From contig CAWDZM010000001.1 of assembly GCA_963807165.1 (NCBI GenBank), forward strand, positions 577,471 to 641,470: a stretch of DNA of 64,000 nt, read 5' to 3'. A program made the translations under genes and the position numbers. Under the pieces are notes generated by a model, which was given only the letters and a program-made list of their open reading frames with translations, was not told the DNA's origin and searched no databases. Every line of letters starts with the position of its first letter. Within the stretch, counting starts at the first letter, position 1. This DNA is from an uncultured bacterium (lineage in GTDB: Bacteria; Patescibacteriota; Minisyncoccia; UBA6257; 2-01-FULL-56-20). Positions 18,430 to 29,033 of this stretch are shown here, piece after piece.

Positions 18430-18564
18430 ATGTCGTTCACATACAATCCAAAGAAAAAGAAGCGCAAGACCACTCATGGTTTTTTGGTGCGCCAGGCGAC
18501 TCCTACTGGCCGCCGCGTCCTTTCCCGTCGCCGCGCGAAGGGAAGGAAGAAGTTAGCCGTATAA
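18430..18564 (+). CDS. rpmH: 50S ribosomal protein L34
   Basis: Manual translation gives [44 protein letters not shown] (44 aa). Absent from the ORF track because it is under 60 aa. Confidence 0.85.
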   Translation: MSFTYNPKKKKRKTTHGFLVRQATPTGRRVLSRRRAKGRKKLAV

Positions 18565-18583
18565 ACGGCCATTGGCCATCCCT

Positions 18584-18900
18584 ATGGCAGTTAAAATAAC
18601 GCGCCTTCCATCAGATCAATTCCGCGCCCGGGGATATAAAACAACCCCCACTCCGTTTTTTTTATTAAAGACAAAAAAGAACACCGTTCTCCGCGCCCGG
18701 ATTGGGATCGTGGTGGGAGGTCGGTTCATAAGACCGCGGTAAAGAGAAATTTTTGGAAGCGTCAGGCGCGTGCCACGCTCGCGGCGCATGCGATCATCGG
18801 GCATGATATCCTTATGATAGTTTCGCCCAACGCAAATCGCCTCACTAAAAAACAATTTAAAGACGAGATGCTGAAAACGCTCAACAAAACCCAATTTTAA
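18584..18900 (+). CDS. rnpA: RNase P protein component, apparently frameshifted near 18701-18735
   Basis: The N-terminus MAVKITRLPSDQF...FFLLKTKKNTVLRARIGIVVGGR is in one frame. The RnpA basic motif SVHKTAVKRNFWKRQAR and the C-terminus ...KTLNKTQF* are in the +1 frame. Conserved rpmH-rnpA-yidC order. Confidence 0.7.
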
Positions 18901-18909
18901 TAAAAAATA

Positions 18910-19623
18910 ATGGTCTATCTCTACCAGCAGATATTTTATCGGCCGATCCTCAATCTCCTTATTTATTTTTATAATACGATCGCCTATCACGATCTCGGCA
19001 TCGCCATTATTTTAGTCACGCTTTTTATCCGGCTCATCCTCTATCCATTTTTTCACACCGGCGCGAAACAGCAGATGCTCATGCAGCGCATCCAGCCGAA
19101 GATAAAAGAGATCCAGACAAAACATAAAGACGATCGTGACCAACAGGCGAAGGCGTTGATGGAATTATATAAAGAGCACGGCGTGAATCCATTCTCCGGT
19201 ATATTATTACTTATCATTCAAATCCCAATCCTCCTCACATTCTATTGGGTGATCCGTTCCGGCATCGGCACTGCGCAGATGACGGGATTATATTCTTTTA
19301 TTACGACGCCACACAGCATCAATACCATTTTCCTCGGCTTTATCGATCTCGCCAAGCCGAATTTTATTCTTATCATCGCCGCCGCCCTCGCGCAATATTT
19401 TCAAGCAAAGCTTGCCATCTACCGCGCGCCGTCCAATACTGGTCCACTCTCGCAAGCAGAAAAGATCGCGCGTCAGATGGTATTCGTTGGCCCACTCATT
19501 ACTATCCTCGTATTCTATAATTTTCCCGCGGCACTCGGCCTTTATTGGCTGATGAGCTCTCTCTTCTCTGCCGTCCAGCAATATTTTGTTAATAAGCATT
19601 TAATAAAAAAGTACGGCGTATAG
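18910..19623 (+). CDS. yidC: membrane protein insertase YidC (short form)
   Basis: 237 aa, multi-TM, conserved YidC/Oxa1 core; follows rnpA. Confidence 0.8.
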   Translation: MVYLYQQIFYRPILNLLIYFYNTIAYHDLGIAIILVTLFIRLILYPFFHTGAKQQMLMQRIQPKIKEIQTKHKDDRDQQAKALMELYKEHGVNPFSGILLLIIQIPILLTFYWVIRSGIGTAQMTGLYSFITTPHSINTIFLGFIDLAKPNFILIIAAALAQYFQAKLAIYRAPSNTGPLSQAEKIARQMVFVGPLITILVFYNFPAALGLYWLMSSLFSAVQQYFVNKHLIKKYGV

Positions 19624-19683
19624 TGCAAAAATAGGCTTAGCGCTTGATTTTGTTTGCGTAATATGGAATAGTTACGGGAACGC

Positions 19684-20118
19684 ATGGATAACTGGGAATC
19701 ATATATTAAAAAAACATTAGACCTTATCGGGTTTAAGGACTATCACTTGGAAATAAAGATAGACGAGCGCCGGGGCTCAGTTTTTATCTACGAGGACGTG
19801 GAGATGGTAAAAGAGAACCTTCCCGCAATTGTGGATGCGGTGAACCATATTCTCCAGATGGTGGCAAAGAAGAATCAGGCCGAGGCGATCTTCCTCGACG
19901 TGAATAATTATCGCCATGACCGTGAGCGATTAATCGCGGAGCTCGCCCGCGCGGCAGCCAAAAAAGCATCAAGCACAAAAACGGAAGTTTCGCTCCCTGC
20001 GATGAATTCTTACGAGCGCCGATTGGTGCACATGGAGCTCGCCGTGCATCCGGAGGTAAAAACAGAAAGTGCTGGCGAAGGAAAAGAACGATACGTTGTT
20101 ATAAAACCCATCGCATAA
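19684..20118 (+). CDS. khpB: Jag/KhpB-family RNA-binding protein (R3H domain)
   Basis: C-terminal R3H-like NSYERRLVHMELA...TESAGEG; position after yidC. Confidence 0.75.
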   Translation: MDNWESYIKKTLDLIGFKDYHLEIKIDERRGSVFIYEDVEMVKENLPAIVDAVNHILQMVAKKNQAEAIFLDVNNYRHDRERLIAELARAAAKKASSTKTEVSLPAMNSYERRLVHMELAVHPEVKTESAGEGKERYVVIKPIA

Positions 20119-20150
20119 AAAATACCTCCTATGATAGGAGGTATTTTTTA
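20119..20150. terminator. intrinsic terminator (bidirectional)
   Basis: aatacctcct-atgat-aggaggtatt followed by a T-run. Confidence 0.65.
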
Positions 20151-20162
20151 TTATGCGCCTAT

Positions 20163-21500
20163 CTAATGAGAGAACGTTAGCCCGTACAACTTTTGATCGT
20201 AACGGTTGATAAAGAACAACGCGTCATTGAAAAATTTCATATCAGAGGTGTCCATGTTCTGCGTGGCATCACTCCAGAGGGTTTGCTCCGCGCCCGTCGC
20301 GGTGTTGATCTTATAAATATCATCAGAGGTAAAGAGCGCCATCGTTTCGTAATCGTCCGGCAGGTGTGCGGCAGAGAAGCCGCTCGAACTGCGCGGAATG
20401 CCGCAGTAGAGCGCAAGATATGGAGTCGATGTTGCCGCGGCAGGCAAGATCTTCTTTGTTTTCGTGGTGGAGGTAGCGCTACTCGCAGAGCTTGTCGCGG
20501 TCGACGTTGCTATCGGCATTAACTCCGTATTAAAGGCGCACTTTGATGGCAATGTGAGGAAACTAAGCGGTTCGGTTGGCAGATTTCCATACATCGCCTG
20601 GAGTTGGAGAGTATTCCCCGCCTGGCCCGATGGATTATTAAAGAACGTAAGCCCGTATGGGATGGCCGGATTGGCACTCCATATTCCCTCCGCGCCCGGA
20701 ACCTCATAGATGAGCGGGGTGAGCGCGCTTGTTAGAGAGTTGAACGCCCATACTGAGCCTGCGTTCTGCGTAGTTGGCTTGTCGGATAAAATGAACTCGT
20801 TCTGCGTGGGCCACGCAAGTGTGAGATCGTTCGCGTTAAGGGAAATCAACACTCTGGGCGCGGCTTTTAAATTCACGGCGTTCATGATCGCGAGCGTGAG
20901 CTTACCACTGCTCGTTACCGCAAGATATGCGATCAAATAATTACTGATTGGCGACCATTGCGGAGAGAGCATCCCTTGGGGGAGCGCTACCCACGCGTTC
21001 GTGGCGACATCATAGAGCGCCGCCTGGGGGTTTGTGGGGTCGCCGTAACTCACTATAATTTTCTTCCCGTCATGAGAGAAGCTGGCCGAAATGATTTCGT
21101 CAATCGTTGATGAGTTGACCGTGACGGATTGGCCGTTCGCGATAGTAACAATCGAGCCGTTTGGTTCGATGGCGATGATATTATTTTGCGGATCAATAAA
21201 ATAATCCAAGATCGGATCTTGTGAGAGTACGCCGAAGTTTGATACTGTCGCTTGGCCGCCGCTCACCGTCGTGGCGGTGCTACTCCCTGTCGTCGTCGGC
21301 AGGCCGAGCGTGCCGACGCTGTTCGCCGTGCCGGAATTATTCCCCTGCGTGCCCGTTGTCGGGAGCGAGCCACCGGTGGTGGTCGTGCCAGTCACGCTGG
21401 GCGCCGTGCCTGCAGAATTGTTCTTTATAAGGAAAAGAATAAGTATCGCGAGCGCCGCTGCGACGATGATGCCGATGATGATGTAAATATAGCGTTTCAT
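20163..21500 (-). CDS. membrane-anchored protein with Thr/Gly-rich linker and a beta-propeller-like repeat domain; last gene of the T4SS-like locus
   Basis: N-terminal TM IIIGIIVAAALAILILFLI, then a TGTTTTGGSLPTTGT linker, then a beta-rich domain. Confidence 0.5.
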   Translation of the reverse strand: MKRYIYIIIGIIVAAALAILILFLIKNNSAGTAPSVTGTTTTGGSLPTTGTQGNNSGTANSVGTLGLPTTTGSSTATTVSGGQATVSNFGVLSQDPILDYFIDPQNNIIAIEPNGSIVTIANGQSVTVNSSTIDEIISASFSHDGKKIIVSYGDPTNPQAALYDVATNAWVALPQGMLSPQWSPISNYLIAYLAVTSSGKLTLAIMNAVNLKAAPRVLISLNANDLTLAWPTQNEFILSDKPTTQNAGSVWAFNSLTSALTPLIYEVPGAEGIWSANPAIPYGLTFFNNPSGQAGNTLQLQAMYGNLPTEPLSFLTLPSKCAFNTELMPIATSTATSSASSATSTTKTKKILPAAATSTPYLALYCGIPRSSSGFSAAHLPDDYETMALFTSDDIYKINTATGAEQTLWSDATQNMDTSDMKFFNDALFFINRYDQKLYGLTFSH

Positions 21501-21518
21501 AATAATATTTTTATATTA

Positions 21519-21995
21519 TCAACAACCAACATAAATTACTTGGAGTCCACTAGCGGGAATGCAAGGATTGGGATTTGTTAACGGGCCGTTCGGCGAAGCT
21601 GGCGCAGGGGTTGGAGTGGTAGCGGGAGCTGATGCCTGAGTGTTCACTGGCGGCAGGGTCGTTGGTAAACTAAGTGTCGTTAGCTGTGGATTTATTACAT
21701 GTAAAACGAAATACGCTCCTACTAATAATAATAACCCAAGCAGTGCCGCCTCAATCCATTCTTTTGCATCACTTTGTCCAGAAGGGTTTCCTGCTGATGC
21801 CATATACCTAACGCCGCCGTATACCACAACACCGAATGCGAGTATGCCGCCGATCATCAACGCAAACTGGTAGAAGCCGCCGACGAATGCGCCGGGGTTA
21901 GAGCCAGAATTCGGAGCCATACCTGGGACGCTTGTGCTGATAGTAATCGCCGTAGCGTGCGCGACCGAAATGAATGGAAATGAGGCGCCTATCAT
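21519..21995 (-). CDS. VirB2/TrbC-like pilin candidate (two hydrophobic helices in a hairpin, Pro/Thr-rich C-terminal tail)
   Basis: AFVGGFYQFALMIGGILAFGVVVYGGV and EAALLGLLLLVGAYFVL helices separated by a short loop; the topology is typical of T4SS pilins. Overlaps the upstream gene's stop. Confidence 0.4.
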   Translation of the reverse strand: MIGASFPFISVAHATAITISTSVPGMAPNSGSNPGAFVGGFYQFALMIGGILAFGVVVYGGVRYMASAGNPSGQSDAKEWIEAALLGLLLLVGAYFVLHVINPQLTTLSLPTTLPPVNTQASAPATTPTPAPASPNGPLTNPNPCIPASGLQVIYVGC

Positions 21996-22729
21996 AATTG
22001 GCTCTCGTAGGTTAGATTTGCCGACGCGGTGGCGATAGTCGAATCGTTGGGATTTTCAAGGCTGAGCGACACACTCACACTGGTTCCTGACTGTGTCCCT
22101 TGCGGGAGCGTTATTTGTGCCGCCTCGGGATTCTCAGCGTTGGATCCGTTCTGGCCATTTACCGACCATGTATAGGAAAGTTTAGTGAGATCAGAAACAT
22201 TGAAAAAATATGGGATTGCTTGCACCGAAACCGGATTTTGTGAGAACTGTCCGTTCGGATACGGCGCGTAGATTACCGCCTCTGGCAGCACCATCGGGAT
22301 GGTTATCGCATGGACAAGGTACGCACCGTTATAGTTTGGAATCGTCACGCGTAGGTTGATGGTGTTCGGCGCGTCGCCAATAGGAGGAAAGGTCACGTGC
22401 TGTACACCAACACCACCACCGACAAGGTTATCATTAACATACCAATAAATGGTCTGTTGGCTGAGGTCGAGCACTTTACCCTGCGGGGAGATCAATTCAA
22501 GCGATGCGGTGATGTTCGAGCCGTAGGTAGGGAGCGCTTTGCCCTGATAAAAAGAAGGGATATAGCTCCCAGTCGTTTTCCAGGTGATGAGAAACCACGG
22601 AGAAGAGGCGGTCGCTGCCGCCGTTTGCGCGCGGGCCGTCGGTGCAATGGAAATAAAAACGCCGGACGCAAGCACGATAGCAAAAAAACCCACAAGCGCC
22701 GATTTTTTAACGATAGTTCGCGATGACAT
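21992..22729 (-). CDS. secreted/anchored hypothetical protein
   Basis: N-terminal signal/anchor ALVGFFAIVLASGVFISIAPTARA; beta-rich. Confidence 0.45.
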   Translation of the reverse strand: MSSRTIVKKSALVGFFAIVLASGVFISIAPTARAQTAAATASSPWFLITWKTTGSYIPSFYQGKALPTYGSNITASLELISPQGKVLDLSQQTIYWYVNDNLVGGGVGVQHVTFPPIGDAPNTINLRVTIPNYNGAYLVHAITIPMVLPEAVIYAPYPNGQFSQNPVSVQAIPYFFNVSDLTKLSYTWSVNGQNGSNAENPEAAQITLPQGTQSGTSVSVSLSLENPNDSTIATASANLTYESQL

Positions 22730-22773
22730 TACTTTCCTTTAGTATACCAAATATGCCGCGATAGCGGATGGAG

Positions 22774-23622
22774 CTATGCCGCCTTGTCGGATTCTTCTTC
22801 CTCGTCACCATTTTCACTTTCATCATTCCCTTCGTCTTTATTTTGGTTATTAGTGCGGTCGGCGATGTCGAAGACTTTTTGAACTTGCCTTTTAGCTTTA
22901 TCAGCTTTCTTTTCTTCGGGCTCCTCGTTCTGTTCCGATCCTTGTTCTTCTGGGGATTCACGGAACTCATCTTCTTGTGGCAGGGTAATATCCTCCTCAA
23001 GATTTTCCATTGGATTCCTTTCTTCGCGGGTAAGGTCGAGGCCTTCTTGGGTTTCACCTGCTTCTGCAGCGGTTTCCGCTCCCTGTGTTCCAGCTTCTAT
23101 CCCTTGAGCTCCCGCTTCGGCGGTGGCCCCTCCGGCTTCGGCTCCTGCTGCGCCAACCGCTCCGGTGCTTTCAGCCACCGCCCCGGCCGCCTCCACCCCT
23201 TCTGCGGCAGTCGTCGCAACTTCAGCGCCCTCGGCGACGACCGCGCCGGCTTCGAGCGCTTCGCCGGCGCCCGCGGTGCCAATTGCGACAGCTTGGATAG
23301 CGACCTGTTCAACAACAAACTCACCAATTTTACTCGAGGTGACAACCATCAGAATTAATCCCAGCATAAGTGGTAGTGGTAATATCCAAAATAAAAGAAG
23401 GATAGATTTAGGAAGCCACCCGCCGGTTTTTCCCCAAAAGTAAAAAAGAATAATAAGACCAAAGCCCCAATGTGCCATAAACACAAACATAGCTATCGCC
23501 AATCCTATGCCCGGGATCGCCAACCCGATCAATCCTAATAGGGTGAGGTCGGCAAAAAAAGCCATGATAAAAAAAACCAAAGTCCCTGGCTCGAACAAAT
23601 CTATCTTACCTTCTTCATTCAT
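22774..23622 (-). CDS. polytopic membrane protein with a long Ala/Gly/Glu-rich acidic C-terminal tail; VirB6/TrbL-like role possible
   Basis: 3-4 TM helices in the first ~110 aa, then a low-complexity AGEA... tail and a DEEEESD end. Immediately downstream of the VirB4 gene. Confidence 0.4.
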   Translation of the reverse strand: MNEEGKIDLFEPGTLVFFIMAFFADLTLLGLIGLAIPGIGLAIAMFVFMAHWGFGLIILFYFWGKTGGWLPKSILLLFWILPLPLMLGLILMVVTSSKIGEFVVEQVAIQAVAIGTAGAGEALEAGAVVAEGAEVATTAAEGVEAAGAVAESTGAVGAAGAEAGGATAEAGAQGIEAGTQGAETAAEAGETQEGLDLTREERNPMENLEEDITLPQEDEFRESPEEQGSEQNEEPEEKKADKAKRQVQKVFDIADRTNNQNKDEGNDESENGDEEEESDKAA

Positions 23623-23634
23623 ACACGAAGAAAA

Positions 23635-25371
23635 TTATAATGCGTTTTTTTCCTCCAGTAGCTGCTCGGGGTTCGTGGTGATGATCTGATCCTCGTAATA
23701 TGACGGCACGATCTGGATGGCGACATGGCGCTTGCCGGCGAAGAAAATGCCGGTGCCGACCTCCGCGCCGAGGAGGAAGTTCTTTTCCGCTTCGGTAAGG
23801 TCGAACGCCTTTGCAACGATGTCGATCGTTGCCGGGGCTTGCTTGAGCAATAATTGCAAAGAAGAATTAGTGACGATCGGACGTCCGTAGGGCGATCGCA
23901 AGAAATCTTCCACATCCTGTGTGATTGTGGTGACTCCTAAATAATATTTACGTGCGCGCTTGACGAGGCCGAAGAGGAACGTTGCACTGTCTTCGTTCTT
24001 CATCATGATCCATGCCTCGTCAATAAACAGCAATCGCTTTGCGAGCTTGGCGCGGATAAGGTTCCAAATAAAGTTGAGCACGACGAACATGCCGAGCGGG
24101 CGGAGCTCTTCTTCAAGGTCGCGGATAGAGAAAACAATCAGCCGATTATTAACGTCGATGTTGGTGGGCTGGTTTAAGAATCCCGCGAAGCTGCCCTTGG
24201 TATATTTATAGAGTTTTTCCGCGAGATCACGGCCACCCTCCAGATTACGCAGGATCGTTTCTAAGTCACCGAGCAGGGGCGGCTCCTTGCCAACGAAGTC
24301 CGTGTCGGCGACGATCTCGCGCGAGGCGTACGTCTCTGTGATCGCGCGATCAAGTAAAGAATCTTCCTCCGGCGAAAGTTTTCCAAGCATCAACTTGAGC
24401 AAGCTTGCGAGGTTTACGATATGCGAGCGCAGAACATCCGACGGCGTTTCGCCTTCCGGCACCGGCGGAATATCGAACGGATTGATGTGCTCGTGCGATG
24501 ATAGCGAGATGTTGAACATGCTTCCGGCAAACGTATCTGCCAGGCGGCCATATTCGTTTTCAGGGTCGATGACGATTACCATCTCAATGCCCGCCATGAG
24601 TGAGCGCAGGATCTCAAGCTTCGTGGTGTACGATTTGCCGGAGCCGGATTTTGCAAAGACCACTTCGTTCGCATTTTCCAAAGAGAAGCGATCAAAGATG
24701 ACGAGGTTGCTGTTGTGCAGGTTGATGCCGTACATGATCCCCTGATTGGAGGAAAGATCCTCGGAGACGAACGGGAAGAATGACGAGATCGGGCTCGTGT
24801 TCATCGGCGAATAAATTTGTAGCTTATCGTTGTTGATCGGCAAAATAGAAGACAACCCTTCGAGCTGTTCAAAGAGCGCGGGTTTAAGGTAGATCAGCTT
24901 CGCCTCCATCATGGTGACGAGCTTGCTCTCCAGCCGCGCAAGTTCTTCCATCGTGTCGGAATAGATCGTGATGTAGACGCCCGTATTGAAAAGTTTTTCC
25001 TCCGACTGCTGGAGTGAGTCGCGTAGATTTTCGACATCGTTCACGGCAGTTTCCAAAACAGGATTTCGCACCAGCCCTTTCTCCTGCTCCTCGTTCATTT
25101 GCGATTCGAGCTGGCCAGCTTTCTTGCGCAGGTTCTTGAGCGCGCTGCCAGTATCGATCGGGTTGATAAAAATAGAAATGTCGAAAAGGTTCGGCAGGTT
25201 GATGAGCGGCTCGAACCAGCCGGTCGAAAGATAGCGCGGATAGGAAAAAACAAAAAATGTCTTTGCCAGCTTGTCGCCAATTTTCAAATAATTTGGAAAA
25301 ACCTCCGCTCCGGCGGGAGCGATCATCTTCCGTACGTTATCGAAATTATTTTCTTGTGGTTGGTCGGGCAT
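23635..25371 (-). CDS. virB4: VirB4/TraC/PrgJ-family T4SS ATPase, C-terminal 578 aa
   Basis: IAPAGAEVFPNYLKIGDKLAKTFFVFSYPR entry motif, Walker A VVFAKSGSGKSYTT, Walker B RLLFIDEAW. Confidence 0.8.
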   Translation of the reverse strand: MPDQPQENNFDNVRKMIAPAGAEVFPNYLKIGDKLAKTFFVFSYPRYLSTGWFEPLINLPNLFDISIFINPIDTGSALKNLRKKAGQLESQMNEEQEKGLVRNPVLETAVNDVENLRDSLQQSEEKLFNTGVYITIYSDTMEELARLESKLVTMMEAKLIYLKPALFEQLEGLSSILPINNDKLQIYSPMNTSPISSFFPFVSEDLSSNQGIMYGINLHNSNLVIFDRFSLENANEVVFAKSGSGKSYTTKLEILRSLMAGIEMVIVIDPENEYGRLADTFAGSMFNISLSSHEHINPFDIPPVPEGETPSDVLRSHIVNLASLLKLMLGKLSPEEDSLLDRAITETYASREIVADTDFVGKEPPLLGDLETILRNLEGGRDLAEKLYKYTKGSFAGFLNQPTNIDVNNRLIVFSIRDLEEELRPLGMFVVLNFIWNLIRAKLAKRLLFIDEAWIMMKNEDSATFLFGLVKRARKYYLGVTTITQDVEDFLRSPYGRPIVTNSSLQLLLKQAPATIDIVAKAFDLTEAEKNFLLGAEVGTGIFFAGKRHVAIQIVPSYYEDQIITTNPEQLLEEKNAL

Positions 25372-25391
25372 GGGATTTATAAATGGCGTCG

Positions 25392-26102
25392 CTATATCTT
25401 GCGTTCCACTGGCGCGTTTTTACGTTCGACCGTTTGCGGATTATAGAAGTTATAAAAGAGCTCGATGAGCTGTTCATCTTCCAACACGGTTGCTTCGAGG
25501 CCAATGTTTAAAAGGCCGCTCGTCACCTGCGCAGTGCGCTGGCCGAGTTGCGCAAGGTTCTCGTCGAGCATCTTTGCATATTCCGCGTCGCGCTGAGCGG
25601 TTTCCGCCGGATCCTCTTTTTTTTTTCCGCCAAAGAGCGCCATCACGCCGGAGACGCTTTTCGTCGCGCTCGGCAGCATGGACGCCGGATAGAACGAAAC
25701 GACCACCAGAAAAACTTTCTCCATAATAGCGTTCTTCTCCACAAAACCCTGAACGAATTTACTGTATTCATCGATCTGATTTTGTAGGATGGGAGATTGC
25801 TCGGTCTCTTTGCGCACCGTCAGCGTTTCTATATATTTATCAATATTCACCTTGCGCGAATGGATAAGGATTTGCAGGGGAAAGTCGATGCTGTTCAAAA
25901 ATGTCTGATATCCCTGCGTGATGATGTTCTGCTCCATCTCCGATTTTAATGAAAAATTAACGCCGCCTACCATGATGATCTGGCGGAAACTGCCGTCTTT
26001 CACAATGACGGTATTTTTCTTTATCTCTTTTATATCAACAAGATCGAGGGAGTTTCCCGCATCCTGCTTGTTTAGGACTGCCATACTCTTATTTTCGCAC
26101 AA
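25392..26102 (-). CDS. virB4: VirB4-family ATPase N-terminal domain, a separate ORF in another frame (split gene or frameshift)
   Basis: VIVKDGSFRQIIMVGGVNFSLKSEMEQ... resembles the VirB4/PrgJ N-terminal domain. It ends 20 nt before the C-terminal ORF, in a different frame. Confidence 0.6.
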   Translation of the reverse strand: MCENKSMAVLNKQDAGNSLDLVDIKEIKKNTVIVKDGSFRQIIMVGGVNFSLKSEMEQNIITQGYQTFLNSIDFPLQILIHSRKVNIDKYIETLTVRKETEQSPILQNQIDEYSKFVQGFVEKNAIMEKVFLVVVSFYPASMLPSATKSVSGVMALFGGKKKEDPAETAQRDAEYAKMLDENLAQLGQRTAQVTSGLLNIGLEATVLEDEQLIELFYNFYNPQTVERKNAPVERKI

Positions 26103-26116
26103 ATTACCCGCAAATC

Positions 26117-26638
26117 CTAGCGATAATCCACGCGCCGCGCCGCCTCGCGCTCGCCCGTCTCGCGCTGGAATATCTGATAACGCTCCGTCATCTTCTTTTC
26201 CACAAATTGACTGGCGGATTGAACCTTGCCGCCCGCCGGCGTGCCCGTCTGCAAATTTTCCCAGCTTTTATGCAGTGAATTTCCCTGCGCGATGGCCTGA
26301 ATGGGTGGTAACTCCCGCACGGCAGCAGCAGGCGCCGCGTGTTGTTGGGCCATCACCGGATGCTCCGGCTTCCATACATACATCTGCGGTTTCCAGTAGA
26401 AGTTAAGGGCGGATGTGGCGACCTTCATAAGCGGCCGGCCATTGACCTTAATAAAAGAGAGTGCGAGCGCGCCGCCGATCAGAATGAGCGCTACGATGGC
26501 GAACAGCCATGTTTGCAAAATAAAATAGCAGATGCCGCTCACGAGCGCGGCAACGCCAACATATGCGAACTGTCGGATTGAGAATGGCCCGACAATCTTG
26601 TCCTCCGTCTCAATAAATTGGGGAACTTGGTACTGCAT
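26117..26638 (-). CDS. small 2-TM membrane protein, PrgI/VirB3-like by position and topology
   Basis: QVPQFIETEDKIVGPFSIRQFAYVG followed by two TM helices; directly upstream of virB4. Confidence 0.4.
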   Translation of the reverse strand: MQYQVPQFIETEDKIVGPFSIRQFAYVGVAALVSGICYFILQTWLFAIVALILIGGALALSFIKVNGRPLMKVATSALNFYWKPQMYVWKPEHPVMAQQHAAPAAAVRELPPIQAIAQGNSLHKSWENLQTGTPAGGKVQSASQFVEKKMTERYQIFQRETGEREAARRVDYR

Positions 26639-26679
26639 ACCTTTTATTGTAAGCCGCGCGGGCCGTTAAAGGAAATCTT

Positions 26680-27560
<881 letters not shown>

Positions 27561-28232
27561 TAAGGTTTGCTATTCCGCTAAGTTTCTCTTCGGGGATATT
27601 ATTTTGGTCAGATATTTTTTGTAACTGTTGAGCATATGCATTGAAAATAAAATAAGCAAAAAATTAACGCAACGTTTTGGTGTGTATGTCTGTGGGAGTT
27701 GGAGTGCTGGAAAAATTTAAGTGCAACGGATATGCTAAAAAGAAAATGTATCAATAAGGGTTGAACTTCATTTTTAGCCCAAGCAATTCTTGTCTCGTAT
27801 TCCCAGAGTATAGGGAATAGAAAAAAGATGAAATTTTTCTATGAATAAAGATAAATTGGATAGGAGAATGTCACTCATCTTTGATGGGGAGGCGCTTAAA
27901 AAAAAAACATACCTGAGTGAGTCTCATGTTTTATTGATCCAGTTCCCGAATAAAAATGCCCACGGAACGACGGAATCCCTTCTATTATTCCCACCCAATG
28001 GACGCAGGACCCAATTTTAAGATCATAGTGAAAAATGTGTGCTTGTAAATAAAATTATCCGTGATCGAATTTTTTGACTTTGCAAAGCATCCCAAACATC
28101 CTCATCCCATAAAGGACATACGGCACTAAATGAAGTTACTATTTCTTCTAATGTTTGATAACTTTATGTATTATTAATTGGCTTACCATTCCTATCGAAT
28201 GTCACCGAACTTCGTAGCAATATCCTGACCAC

Positions 28233-28878
28233 TCACATGAGCAATGATGACAAAAGTATGTGCGCCTGAGCCGTATTTCTAGCATTATCCCCTTCGGCAT
28301 TCGTCTGCGCACTCGTGGCAAGTCCTTCATTTTCGGCAGTTTTGCTCTCATCCTCTTCTATCTTTTCTAGCGTTGCAAGAATTTGTTCGTCGTCTGCACT
28401 GATTTTTCCTTCCTTATCTCTCTTCACCTTCGTATTCTGCCGCAGATTTTGCTTTACCTTCCTCCACGGTGTGTTCATTTTCTCCATCAATTTCTTCCAG
28501 TGTCTTGAGCTTGTTTGCTCTTTCCCCACATCATCCCAGGGAACTCTTTTATTTTTTGCCCAATTGGTGCATCCTCTGCGATCCCTTTTTGCTTGGCTCC
28601 ATCAGCCTACGCATTTCGTTTGTAAGATTTGGAGGGAGAGTTCGTAGCGCCGCTTCAGCAGATGCCTTAGCTTTTGAATCTTTACCTTTTAGTGCTTTAT
28701 CAAAAGTTGATAAAATAGCAAGTTTGCCTGCCGTATCCTGCGTCCCAAATCTTCGAGCCTGCTCTTGAGGGATTTTTTCCCAAGTTCTTTTTGTATTGTC
28801 GCCGACTTTTGGTTCTCTTGTAATGCACCAACGATCCACAATGCATTCGCCGCCAAGCATAGGGGCGAAGTAAACCAC
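28233..28878 (-). pseudogene. Lys/Glu-rich hypothetical gene split into two ORFs (28549..28878 and 28233..28529) in an AT-rich segment
   Basis: Two adjacent same-strand ORFs in different frames; no recognisable domain. Confidence 0.3.
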
Positions 28879-29033
28879 TTATAAGAAGGTTGCGACCAAC
28901 ACCTGCATCTGTAAGGCCTGAGTTACTTACCTATCACAATCATCTCAGCATAAGATCCAGCCCTCTGTGCCCCTGCTCGCGTCTTCTTTCCTCGTCACCC
29001 GCTACCGCCTTGCTCGCCGTGGTCGCGCCATCT

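Noticed and set aside
18616-18990. Minus-strand 124-aa ORF spanning rnpA
   Set aside because: It is antisense to the conserved rpmH-rnpA-yidC operon. The RnpA basic motif is clearly encoded on the plus strand.
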